Positions 12,801 to 23,549 of a DNA stretch of 50,956 bases are shown here, one piece after another. The stretch spans positions 1 through 50,956 of the forward strand of contig NW_025214918.1 of NCBI RefSeq assembly GCF_004010195.1, in the 5' to 3' direction. Numbering within the stretch: position 1 is the first letter of the stretch; each line of letters begins with the position of its first letter. A program made the translations under genes and the position numbers. The DNA is from Chiloscyllium plagiosum (taxonomy: Eukaryota). The notes below the pieces were generated by a model. That model searched no databases. It was not told where the DNA came from and saw nothing but the letters and a program-made list of their open reading frames with translations.

Positions 12801-13648
12801 GTGGTTCATTTGACCCACGTATATCTCTTTATAAACTCGTGTTTTCTTCATACACAAATAAAAAACAAAAAATAAGTAAAAGTATTACATTGTCAATTCC
12901 ACTGGAATTTGGCGACAGTTTGTGTCTTTGACCAAATATTCTGTCTGTATTATAGAAGAATACAAACATTTGAAACTGTCTGTGTCCTCTCAAGCAGGTT
13001 CACATGTCTGTATTTTTCCATAATGCAAACAGAATAGGTTGTCGCCACAATTCAATGGATTCGGCAATGTCATATTTTTAGTCCATGTCTAAGCTATAAA
13101 TTATCGACAATGCCAAAGTGTTTTGCAGTCCCTTCACTCAGTTCCCATCACTTCTGAAATATGGACAGATGGTGAAGAATCTGTCTGGGTGGAATTGAGA
13201 AACAACAAAGTTAAAAATGCAGAAAAGAGCGAGTGAGGATGAAAATGATCTTGTCAGCATATTAGCTCGTGACATGTGATGTTCCACAAGGCTCAGTGTT
13301 GGGACCTCGGCCATTTACTTTGTAAATTAATGATCTAGAGGAACGATCTAAGGGCATTCTGGTTAACCTTTCAGATGATATAAAGATAGGTGGAGAGACA
13401 GGTAGCATTCCGGAAGTGGAGCGGCTGCAGAAGGGTTTAGACATGTTAAGAGAGTGGAAAAACAAGTGGCAGATGGAGTACAATGGGCACTAATGTGAAG
13501 TCATGCACTTTGGTAAGAAGAATATAGGCATGGACTATTTTCTAAATGCGAGAAGATTCTTCAGTCTGAAGTGCAAAGAGACTTCAGAGTTCTAAACCAA
13601 GATTGTCTCAAGGTAAACTTGCAGGTGAACCAATATTTAGGAAAGTTT

Positions 13649-14358
13649 TGTACCACGAGACAATGTGTTTTAATATGTTATATTCACCAAAAGAACTGCG
13701 AGTCGACTTCTAGACAATAATATTTGTTTATTGAAAACAATTAATATTAGAACAATAATTTTTACTATAAAGTAACGAAACACACTACAAGCAATAATTT
13801 TTACTATAAAGTAACGAAACACACTACAAGCTATCCTATGCTTTAACGTAACTCTGTATGATCGTATACCACCCCTATATAACTTTGCCGGGCTCCACGT
13901 GCTGATTTCTCCTTCTTACGATGGAGATATCTTCTGTTTATGGTGGTTATTCTGGATTTACTGGGATAAGTGGGCTTTTGCGGTGATTCTCATTCTTCCG
14001 ATTCTTCAACCCCTTTTGGGAGGGTATGGAGGATCTGCCAACAGAATTATCATGTTGGATTACCCTGATCAAACAGACCCAACTAGAGGGTGGCACATTG
14101 ATGGCACAAGGGCGACTTTCCATTATCCCATTCAAGTCCAACTCCATGGATTGCATGGTCTGTAGCTCTCAAGTTTGTTTGCAAACCGTTTGTGGGGAGC
14201 TGCAGCCTGTCTGGATTCAGCAGCATGTAGATTAGCACAGGATCTTTAGTCAATGCTGGGATCCATTTCCTAGCATGCTTTAATCATTGTTCCTTTTAAT
14301 AACTCCATGGTATTTTTTTATTATCCATCATAAGTTCATTATTTCAGGTGGTCCGACA
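13649..14358 (-). mobile_element. Probable solo LTR (~710 bp) with an internal 39-bp tandem duplication
   Basis: TG...CA termini with imperfect inverted ends (tgtaccac / gtggtccgaca), minus-strand AATAAA near 13730, and it interrupts CR1 colinearity. 13753-13791 is repeated exactly at 13792-13830. TSD is unclear. Confidence 0.6.
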
Positions 14359-14530
14359 GGTCACACAGGCAAATACAATGATGACGTTTATTTTGAGAGG
14401 ACTTGAATATAAAAGGATGGACCTACTTCGAAGACTCTATAAGGCTCTAATCAGACCACATTTGGATTATTGTGTGATGTTTTGGGCCCCATATACCACC
14501 CCTGGAGCGTGTCCAGAGGCAGTTGACAAG

Positions 14531-14940
14531 TATAATGGAAAATTGTCCATTTACTGTGAAATTTGAAAGAGAATGCTTTTCTTTAAATCAATGCCACACT
14601 GAAAACTGCGCTTTGATGAAGGTTTGCAGTCAGCTTGTCTCTGTTTGATTTCTGTAAACATTCAACTCGACCTTGCAATAGTCGAAATCTGTGAAAGCTG
14701 AAGAATTGTTTTGTCTACAACCAGAGAATGAAAGGATAACAACTTGAATTACCCCAGTCGTTGCCCTTGAGAATGCAATAAGGAACACTATAAGGCAGGC
14801 GTCTGTGTAATGTTTCAGTACTCTTTGCATCGAGGCATCTGACCTAGTGTAATGAATCAAAATCCTGCAGGATGTTTTAGTAAAGACCCTTTCTTTGCTC
14901 TTGTAAATAATTGAGTCAAGTCGATTTAATTTCCACAACA
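14531..14940 (+). repeat. ERV 5' LTR
   Basis: Aligns with 19285-19724; starts tataat (TG decayed to TA) and ends ttccacaaca; followed by the PBS. Confidence 0.95.
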
Positions 14941-14947
14941 GTAAACT

Positions 14948-14965
14948 TGGGGGCACGTCTGGGAT
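14948..14965 (+). promoter_or_regulatory. Primer-binding site, tRNA-Pro type
   Basis: tgggggcacgtctgggat matches the canonical TGGGGGCTCGTCCGGGAT at 16/18, 7 nt after the LTR end. Confidence 0.9.
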
Positions 14966-15480
14966 CCCACGACTGGATTAGATTCTGAAGATTCCCAGGA
15001 GGCATAGGTACCAGCGCCTTGAAGTTCGTTCACATTGCATGAGAGGACTGGGAATCAGTGGATCACTGCAGGTTCGAATCGAATAGGCTCGGGGTAAGAG
15101 TCGTGGCTTAAGTAATTCGACATAGAGACTCATTATAAGAGAACAAATAAAGCAGAAAAAGAGTTCAGTGAACTTCCGCGTGATATTAGAGTAAAACCCC
15201 AAGTGAAGGGGATTACCGTCTCTCCAGTGTTCAGGAGACAGCAAGTTTAAGGGTGGTTTTAGACTTGGAACCACCACTGGCTGAGTGGAGTCGCCTAAGA
15301 CGTACCGTGCACGTGGTTTCTTGGTTTAGGCAAACCAAGGCATTGACGGGGACTCGCCCAATGCGAGAGGGGACCTCCGGGGGTAAAAGCAAGTCAAAAG
15401 GGAAAAGAAAATGGTACCACGAGAGCGAGAGAGAGAGAGAGAGAGAGAGAGAGCTGAACACTTTTCCTCTTACACTAAAA

Positions 15481-16667
15481 ATGGGCTCCAGCAAAAGCAA
15501 ACAAAGGGAGAGTCCACATAGGACTTGGAATGGCCAACCAAAAATACAATACATGCTAATTCCGGTTCATAATGTGTAAAGCAGTTAGAATTGTGGGTCA
15601 AGGAATGTGGTTTTCCGGAGGGAGGAAGTTTTAGTAAAAGAAGCTGGAAATGTTGAGCTCGAGGTAGGAAGAGAGAGAGAGGAGAAAAGGAAGGGAAAAA
15701 TAGAACTTATGAAATGGAAAGCTTATAACATGTGGAAGGCTGAGGCTGATATCAGAGAAAGGATTTCTCAAGTGAAGGATAGACCAAATACACGTACAAA
15801 CACCAGCGCACATGCGGATGCGTGCAGCATACAATCTAACGAAGCTGTACATTGTCTTAAGTCTGGTTCAGTTCCTGACCTTGATGACTGCCCTCAGAGA
15901 CCTGCAGACCTCTACGAGATCCGCCTGCTGGAAGTTCCACGTCAGCCGTCTCCTGGGACGAAATCTAGTTGCCGATGTCACCAAAATCAAGTATACCTGG
16001 CCAGCTGCAAATGTCAATACCAAAGCAGCCAACCCACAAGCAGAATAGAATAGAGACGTTAATGCTTTTGTTGCAGCGCTGGCAACCGCCTGTAGGAAGG
16101 CATTCCTAGTGCGAATAGACATGACCAAAGTAGCAATGTGTAAACAATGGGAAGGTGTCTCAGTACCTAACGCACCTCACTGAAGTCCATAATGCCCACA
16201 GTGGACTGAGACCACCTGATGAGATAATGGCAGCAGAAATCACGCCGTACGAGGCACACCTGAGGAACAGTTTCATCAATGGAATGAAAGAAGAAATAGT
16301 GAAAAAGGTAAAAGACACATATATTACCTTGGGCACAGGAAAGCTGAATTTGATAGTACAACATGCAATACATGCTGAAACATTGCTTATTCATGAGAAG
16401 GATAAGCGGAAACTAAAGATGGAACAGCAAGCACATAAAGCTCAGCTTACTATGATGCAAATGGTCGCCCAGCCGTTGGATGGAGGTGGTACAGGAAGAG
16501 AGAGAGGCAGAGGTGGAGGTCACAGAAGAGGAAGAGGTCGTGGAAGAAGCGTGGGCAGAGGTAGATCTGGCGGGTAATTTGTTTGCAGAGCAATGGACCA
16601 CTGGGCGAGATAGTGCTCGCACGGACAGCCTCAATCGGCCCTGGAGGCTGGACAACAGAGTGATTGA
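15481..16667 (+). pseudogene. gag: Retroviral Gag (frameshifted, premature stops)
   Basis: N-myristoylation start MGSSKS; matrix-like LELWVKECGFPEGGSF (~15585-15635); MHR-like CKQ..VSQYLTHLTE and FINGMKEEI; RG-rich basic tract; decayed zinc knuckle C-RAMD-H-WAR*-C (16584-16616); TGA at 16665. Confidence 0.9.
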
Positions 16668-16830
16668 CAGGGGAAGGCTGAGGTGGAGGTGGGCAGCTCA
16701 CTAATGGAGAAACTTGCCAATTCTCCTTCTTGTTATCGGAATTTTATCCTTTTGAATCTAATAGTTCGCGACTTGTTTGGAATGTGGGATTGGACTTGAT
16801 CAGTCCTCCGACAGGCATGCACGTAATTCA
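16668..16830 (+). pseudogene. pro: Retroviral protease remnant (catalytic half deleted)
   Basis: LNLIVRDL at 16752-16775 resembles the NLLGRD motif and is followed by GLDLISPPTG; no DTG/DSG motif present. Confidence 0.7.
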
Positions 16831-16869
16831 ACGGAAAGATTTACCAATGCAGGCTATAAAATATGACCC

Positions 16870-17330
16870 ACGACCCCTAATGTATGTCTATGAGTGGCGA
16901 TTAGCCAGAGAGCGATAAGTTCAGTGAGCAGTTCACTCACCCTGGAATCAAATGACCATGTTAATCCTATTAACACTGACTTTCTTGCTGGAGATATGCT
17001 GCACAGCACAGCACACATACACCGTGATGGCCCTGATGAACCATATGAGAAGGATTTGGTCAGGAGATTGATTAGACTTGTTATTTTGCGTTTTTATTGG
17101 AGTGATCACAGATGTGCAGTGTGAACTTATCTAAGTTATCTGTAACAGCAAGTAGACCCTACCTTTTTGATGTGGAAGGCTCCGCTCTTCACTGGCGAAG
17201 GCATTGGGTGACATGTGGCAGGATTTGGGAGCATGGGTGCTAAAGGCACAAAGAATGAAAGGTTGGGTCTTCAGGGATGATGTGGGTATTTGGTTTAATG
17301 CAGATATGCGGACATATAGGAAGGAACTAA
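16870..17330 (+). pseudogene. 2H phosphoesterase (CNPase-like) domain within pol, decayed
   Basis: Motif 1 DMLHSTAH (His codon 17002), central FYWSDHRCAV strand, and motif 2 EGSALH (His codon 17190), then a small frameshifting deletion followed by LAKALGDMWQDLGAWV. Confidence 0.7.
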
Positions 17331-17429
17331 ATTGGCTAACTCAGGCAGCTAGGGCAGTCCAGGTAAACCCTACTAGCCCTGGGAGATCACCATGGGTTTC
17401 CCTCAGATAGAAGTCTCAGAACCAAGATT

Positions 17430-17800
17430 AAAACTGGTCCCGAAAGAGTTGTGGGCAAAGTGCAAACATGATGTGGGGCTGTGAACCCATAAGGATAAAC
17501 TCGAAGACTGAGTATCGTCCTTGGAGAGCAGAATACCTGTTAAAACCTGAAGCCATAGAAGGAATTACTCCAGTCTTTGAATCCCTGTGAAAACTCACCA
17601 GTGAGAATTCTCATTTCGTCCGGTCAAAAAGGCAAACATTCCCGGTTATCAGGAGGAATAGAGGTTTGTTCAAGACCTGCCGGCAGTCAATAACGCTGTT
17701 GTTCCACGCCCCCCACATCTTCCCAAACCCGATACTATATTGGCTCAAAATCCACCGGACAGCAAATGGTTCTTGGATGTGGATTGAGCAAATGCCTTGA
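17430..17800 (+). pseudogene. pol: Retroviral RT N-terminal fragment
   Basis: VPKELWAK..HDVG, YLLKPEAIEGITPVFESL, RFVQDLPAVN and WFLDVD*ANA. Truncated after motif A; YxDD and RNase H are absent. Confidence 0.9.
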
Positions 17801-18099
17801 GCTCTGCAGGCTGATCCCTCGGAGCAAGAAGGAAGACAGCCTATGGCCCAGAACACTGCTTCTGTAAGGACCTTGGGGAGTAGTTGCGGTGCTGCTAGTT
17901 GTACTGTAACGTTCTTTGTCTTTGGGTGTCTCGTTTTGTTTCGTTGTTTACAGGTCATTGTTTTCGATTCCGGGTTGAGGTGATTGGTTTGCGAGTACAT
18001 ACGGGACTGACTGAAGCGCCGGCCCCCAGTACAGGTCAATCCTGTTCCGTTGTGCAGGCCGTATCCGGTATTTTACCCCCTCAGGGGCTATCGTGAAGC

Positions 18100-18955
18100 G
18101 TCATGGTAAACAGGCAGCACACTCCCAACCCCAAAACATTCACACATGGATTTTATTAAATTAACACCCAGCGAAGGGGAAATGTATTGTCTGGTAATAG
18201 TTGATATGTTTGCCAAATGGGTGGAAGCGTTCCCCACGTCTAAACAGGATGCCAGTGCAGTAGCTAATGAGTTGCTAACTGAGATAATTCCGAGGTGGGG
18301 CATTCCGGAAAGGCTTAGTAGTGACAATGGGACACCATTTGTCAATAAAGCCTTACAGCAGATCAGTGATTATTTGGCAATAAACGAGGGACAGCACTGT
18401 GCCGACCATTCAGCGAGTGGTGGGGCAGTGGATAAAGAAAATGCTACCTAACAAAAAACGACAAAACGTTGAGGAAGTAGGGGTGACATGGACAAAGGCA
18501 CTTCCAATTGTGCTAATATATATGAGATCTAGGAGGAGAGGAAAAGCTTATCTGAGCCCGTTTGAGATTTTGTTCGGTAGGTCACCCAACACAGGAATTG
18601 GCACAAGACCAAAGGTAAGACAGATAACAGGCCACTGTGAAGATGAGATGTTGTGTTACTGTATAAATCTCTCTGCACGTTTGTCTGAAATACAGAATCA
18701 AGTGAAAGCAGCACTACCCAAACGAGCAGGAGGGAAGCTGCATGATCTAGAACCTGAAGACTGGATAGTGGTGAAACACTTCAGGAGGAAAGAAACTGGA
18801 AGGTGAATAGGTGGCTGGGACCATTTCAAGTGCTCCTCACAACACAGACAGCAGTTAGGATCGCAGAAAGAGCCACATGGATACACACCAGCCATTGCAA
18901 GCGTGTAGCTGAGCCTGAGGAGACATCAGACAGCACCGGAACCGACTACGTGTAA
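18100..18955 (+). pseudogene. pol: Retroviral integrase (core and C-terminal domain, frameshifted)
   Basis: HMDFI...LVIVDMFAKWVEAFP...IIPRWGIPERLSSDNGTPF...SGGAVDKEN (third acidic residue E to D), LSPFEILFGR, WLGPFQVLLTT.TAV...WIHTSHCKR; TAA at 18953. Confidence 0.95.
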
Positions 18956-19269
18956 GTAGTGATTAGAAGCCTCATACGAATACGGGTCTGTCCCAGCTCA
19001 CACTTATAGCAAACACCCTGATAAGACTATTCGTAAGGGCAGGGGCGTTGCGTAGACCTCACCCTATCATGGCTTTAACGAATGTGACGTGTAAACATGG
19101 GCTGTGAATGGAGCACACCAGAGCAAGTGACGAAAGCACCACAAAGCTGTGTTTCGGGTAGGTGGTGTCAGAGGAAAGGCCTGGTGTTTCCTAAACATTT
19201 TCTGATGGAAAGCTATCCTGGCTCTTTTTTAAAAAAATGTTGCTGTAGTTGTCATTGTTGTCATAAAAT

Positions 19270-19284
19270 GAAAAAAAGGGAAAA
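19270..19284 (+). promoter_or_regulatory. Polypurine tract
   Basis: gaaaaaaagggaaaa immediately before the TG of the 3' LTR. Confidence 0.9.
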
Positions 19285-19724
19285 TGTAATCGAAAATTAT
19301 CCATTTACCGAGAAATTAATTATCAATTTACTGTGAAATTTGAAAGAGAATGCTTTTTCTTTAAATCAATGCTGTACTGAGCTTTGCAAACGATGCTTTG
19401 ATGAAGGTTTGCAGTCAGCTTATCTCTGTTTGAATTCTATAAACATTCAACTCGACATTGCGATAGCCGAACTCTCTGAGAACTGACGCACTGTTATATC
19501 TAGGACCAGGGGATGAAAGGGTAATAACTTGAATTTCCCCAGTCTTTGCCCTTGAGAATGTGATAAGGAACGCTATAAGTTAGGAGTCTGTATAATGTTT
19601 CAGTACTCCTTGCATTGAGGCATCTGACTTAGTGTAATAATTCAAAATCCTGCAGGATTTTTAATAAAGACCCTTTCCTTGCTGTTGCTAATAATTGCGT
19701 CAAAGCGATTTAATTTCCATGACA
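19285..19724 (+). repeat. ERV 3' LTR
   Basis: TG...CA termini, AATAAA at 19663-19668, short internal duplication near its 5' end; colinear with the 5' LTR. Confidence 0.95.
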
Positions 19725-20439
19725 CAGGAATGGCCTCAGAAATGAAAAGCGTAACGTATGAAGTCTCTGGGATGAAACTCGCTGAAGTTGCGAAGGATGA
19801 GGGGGTTCTAATTGAATCATACAAAATATTAAATGCCTGGTCAGAGTGTATGTCAGAAAGATGCTTCCATTATTAGGAGGGAAAGGACCCAATGACATAG
19901 TCTTAAATTTAAGGGAAGGTATTTCATACCAGAGATAAGGAGAAACGCCTTCAGCCAGAGAGTGATGTATCTATGGTAAGGCTGGAAGTTTCCTTTCTTA
20001 AAGGACATTAGTGAACCACGAGTTTTATCTGACAATCGATTCATGATCACTATCAGTCTCTTAATTCCACATTTGATTTCAAGCTCCACCATCTTCCATG
20101 GCAGATTTCAAATCCAGGTCATCAGAACATTATCTGGGTCTCTCGCTTAACAGTTCAGTGATAACACCACCAACTCTGTGTCTTGCCTAGTCCTCCAGAG
20201 TGTGACTAACCTGTGTAATATGATTTGCGCGAGACTTTTCCCTCATGCTCTTATTGATTTCCTTGTCAAATCATGGATGACTTTTGTCCATTACGCAATT
20301 CCTCTTCCTCTCACCAATATACTTTAATTGAGAGGTTATTCAATGCCTCCTTCGGTCTTTGCCTTTTTCTTATCTGTCCTGCCCTACATTTTTTGTCCTG
20401 GCCAGTCCACCCAAGCCAACTCCTTCCTTCGCCCAATAT

Positions 20440-21640
20440 GATTATCATTGCTCAAAACTAAAACCATCATATGTGACTCTGTCTTCATTCATTCAATCTG
20501 AGGTTGAAACTACAGCATGTTGCAGTTACTGCTTACAAGAGGATCCTTAACTGCAAGATTTGTTATCAATCCTTCCTTGTCACATAAAATCAAATCTGAA
20601 GTAACCCGTTCTCTGGTTGAATTCATGACATGTTGCTCTCAAAAACAATCTTCATATAGTCTATGAATTGTTCTTCGAGGATACATTTGCCAAGTTGATT
20701 AATTGAGTCAATATGCATGTTCATCCCACTGTTGTGCCCTTGTCACCAGCTCTCATTATTTCCACCTCAGAAATACTTCGGGGGGACAGGAGCAGAACAT
20801 TATTCTTCCAAGAGGTTTCTTCTCTTGCTTTTTATTTACACCTCGACTGATTGACATGTCGTTCCTTCGCGCCAATATCATTTCCCAATGCAGCCTTGAT
20901 ATGATCCTTAACCAATACATCAATTCCACCTCCTGCTCCTTCTTGTCTAACTTTCTGGAAAAGTGAGTGCCCTCGGACACGTCACTGCCCAGTCCTGATC
21001 TCACTGTAACCATGTTTCTGTAGTCCGCACCAAGTCATACAAATTTGTCTCTGTATCTATTGTCAGCTCATCGATATTTTTTCCAAATACTGCGTTTTTT
21101 TAGGTACAAAGTTTTTAAATATTTTTTATTGGTTTGTCTTTCCCTTCTAATACTTTTTTGTACACTAGCTTTCTGATCTCACACGCCTCACTACCTCACA
21201 TCCCCCACACTGTCCAACATTATTTGTTAATCCCTGATCATTTTGCGCCTCATCTCTATCATTTATTCCAATCACCAACTCACATTTTGAATTGACATGA
21301 TCCATCCTTCATCGTGGTCATGAGACTGGCCATGCCTGATGTCCTATTCACCTCTACCTTCTGCTCAGTTTCTAACCGACTGCTTTGGTTGCCAACCTCC
21401 TGGTTTATTAGTTTAAATCCATCCAATTTCCACTAGCAAACCTCCCTACAAGGATGTTGGTGCAACTCCAGTTAAGATGCAACCAGTCCATTTTTGAAAG
21501 CTCTCACCTGTCCTGGAACAGATCCCAATGATCCAAAAATTGAATCCCTCACCCCGTACGAGCTCTTTAACCACATGTTAAACTGTACCAGATTCCTAAT
21601 CATTACCTCTTTTCCACGTGATACTGGGAGTAATTCTGAC
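20440..21640 (-). mobile_element. Old CR1 LINE: endonuclease region and ORF1 esterase C-terminus
   Basis: Minus-strand QFNMWLKS and FNFLDHWDLF...LHLN..TNIL motifs typical of the CR1 ORF1 esterase. Confidence 0.75.
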
Positions 21641-21660
21641 ATTACAGCGGATTGTTCTCT

Positions 21661-21751
21661 CTCACACACACACACATACGCACATACATACAAACAGTCT
21701 TATGCGCAGACACACACACACACAAACAAACACACAGAAACAAACACACAC
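21661..21751. repeat. Imperfect (CA)n microsatellite
   Basis: Direct inspection. Confidence 0.85.
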
Positions 21752-21789
21752 CGCATTACTTTGTAGGAGAATACCAGTAATCATATAAA

Positions 21790-22240
21790 TAATCAGAATG
21801 ACAACTGGAATGAACGATTTTGTTAAAGGTAGGGTGCGAACAATTAGGGTTACTCTTCATTTAGCTGAACGGACAAAGTTGTGATCTTATTGCAGTGCTC
21901 AAAATTATGGAAAAAATTACAGATTAAAATACGAATGCTCTGTTTCTGTTCGTTGGCATTGCGGCGTCTCGCAGTCCTAGTTTCAAGATTGTCAGCACAA
22001 GGTCTAGAAGTGAGATAAGGAAAAACTTCTTCATTGAGAGAGTATAAGGATTTAGAATGCTCTGCCTGGGAGAGTTGTGAATGAAGATTCAAAAGAGAAC
22101 TGGATATATATTTGTAAGTTACGAATGTAAAGGGTTACAGAGACCGGGTGGCAAATGGAGGAGTTTGGGAGACATTTCCGGAGCTGATGCATACACAGTG
22201 CCCCAGTAGCCTCCTTCTGTCCATTAAAGTTCTGTACTCT
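21790..22240 (+). mobile_element. Old CR1 3' end
   Basis: gagataaggaaaaacttcttcattgagagagt and aagagaactggatatatatttg CR1 3' motifs. Confidence 0.7.
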
Positions 22241-23549
22241 ATCATATACAGATGCAAGTCAACATCAGTATCTGATTATTTCGAGTTGTAAATGCTGGCA
22301 AATATTTGATTATATTTGCTGCAGCATAACAATTTAAAATGCAAGAATTTCAAGGTCAGCTTGATGATGAAGACTAATTAGTACTCAGCACATGAATATT
22401 TTAAATCTTGTATTCCAATTATTAAAACAAATAATTCTTTGCTTTGGCACAAAACACTGTAAAAATTTGACTTTTTCACTCAAACGGAAATACATTCATC
22501 GTTTTTATTCACTAACTAAATTTTGCATTAAATGCCATTCATTCTTTTAAAAATGCAAGATTTCAAATTATTGTTCTCTGCAATGTAATATCACATTTAC
22601 GTTAACAATTACAGTGCATGTTGAATTATTGTCATTTCTCAATTGTTGGTAAATAGCTGAAGCTCATACATTCAAGTGAGAAATTAAACTGATTGCTACT
22701 TAAATATATAAGATCGCTTTTTCGATATTATTGTTCAACAATCATTTTCTCAATCTAAATCTATAATCGGTCAGACACCAACCACTTTCTAAATGTTGGT
22801 GCGATAATGTATTTGTTTGAATACCGCCAATGAATGTGTAATTGTGATCACGTCTATAGTCAGAAAGCATATTCTTTGTTCGATATAGAATAAAATGTAC
22901 TTTATTTATATTTTAATCATAAAATGTTGACAGGAGTTTGTATTTTAGTTCCATAAATATAACATCAAGCAAATTGCTTTAAGAGAAGATGCAATTATTG
23001 TTCGGTTGAAAAATCATACTTCACATCTCATTTTTGCGCAATTCATGAAACATGGCAAATATCTGATTATTTTTCAGATCACTAAACACATCACCTTGCA
23101 ATCATAACCTTCATTGAAAATAGATTTAGAAGGATCTGAATTCAGGCAGAGTGTTACTGAAATCATAGCTGCCTGTTGCACTTAGTGAGATACTGGCCTA
23201 CACCTAAATGTATCCATAGCATTACAACGTGGTTCTGGGCAGTCAGTCAAGTAATAGTTCACGCAAATCATTTGGAATCCATGTTGGGCCATGTGGAAAC
23301 TAGCCAACAGGCTATCACTGGTCTCTATGTAAGTACAAGTGCTGGCCAAATTAGACATCAATGACTGACTAGCAGCCATGCTTTACAAATTCATTTTCAG
23401 TCAGACCCTGGCCCAGAGAGCAGATGTGTGGGGATGGAGTGTTAGAAGCACACCACACAAATTACTTACGGGGTTGACATCTGGCCTACCTTCCAGACTC
23501 CATACATCTGCAACCTGGGCAGGCACTGAGTGGAGATGTTAACAAGGTG

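Larger units (their letters stand above)
14531..19724 (+). mobile_element. Defective env-less endogenous retrovirus (gamma/epsilon-like, piscine ERV type), 5194 bp
   Basis: Paired LTRs, tRNA-Pro PBS, gag-pro-pol remnants, PPT, and 4-bp TSD caag (14527-14530) / cagg (19725-19728). Confidence 0.95.
13150..19980 (+). mobile_element. Host CR1 LINE split into three pieces (13150-13648, 14359-14530, 19725-19980) by two LTR insertions
   Basis: Reads VPQGSVLGP...SDDIK..., then LYKALIRPHLDYC...LERVQRQLT, and resumes after the ERV as RMASEMKSVTYE (CR1 consensus LERVQRRFTRMIPGMKGLTYE). Confidence 0.9.

Noticed and set aside
19097..19336. Cys-rich ORF as an env remnant or accessory gene
   Set aside because: No signal peptide, furin site, ISD or TM helix; the Cys run comes from tgt-rich sequence and the ORF runs into the LTR.
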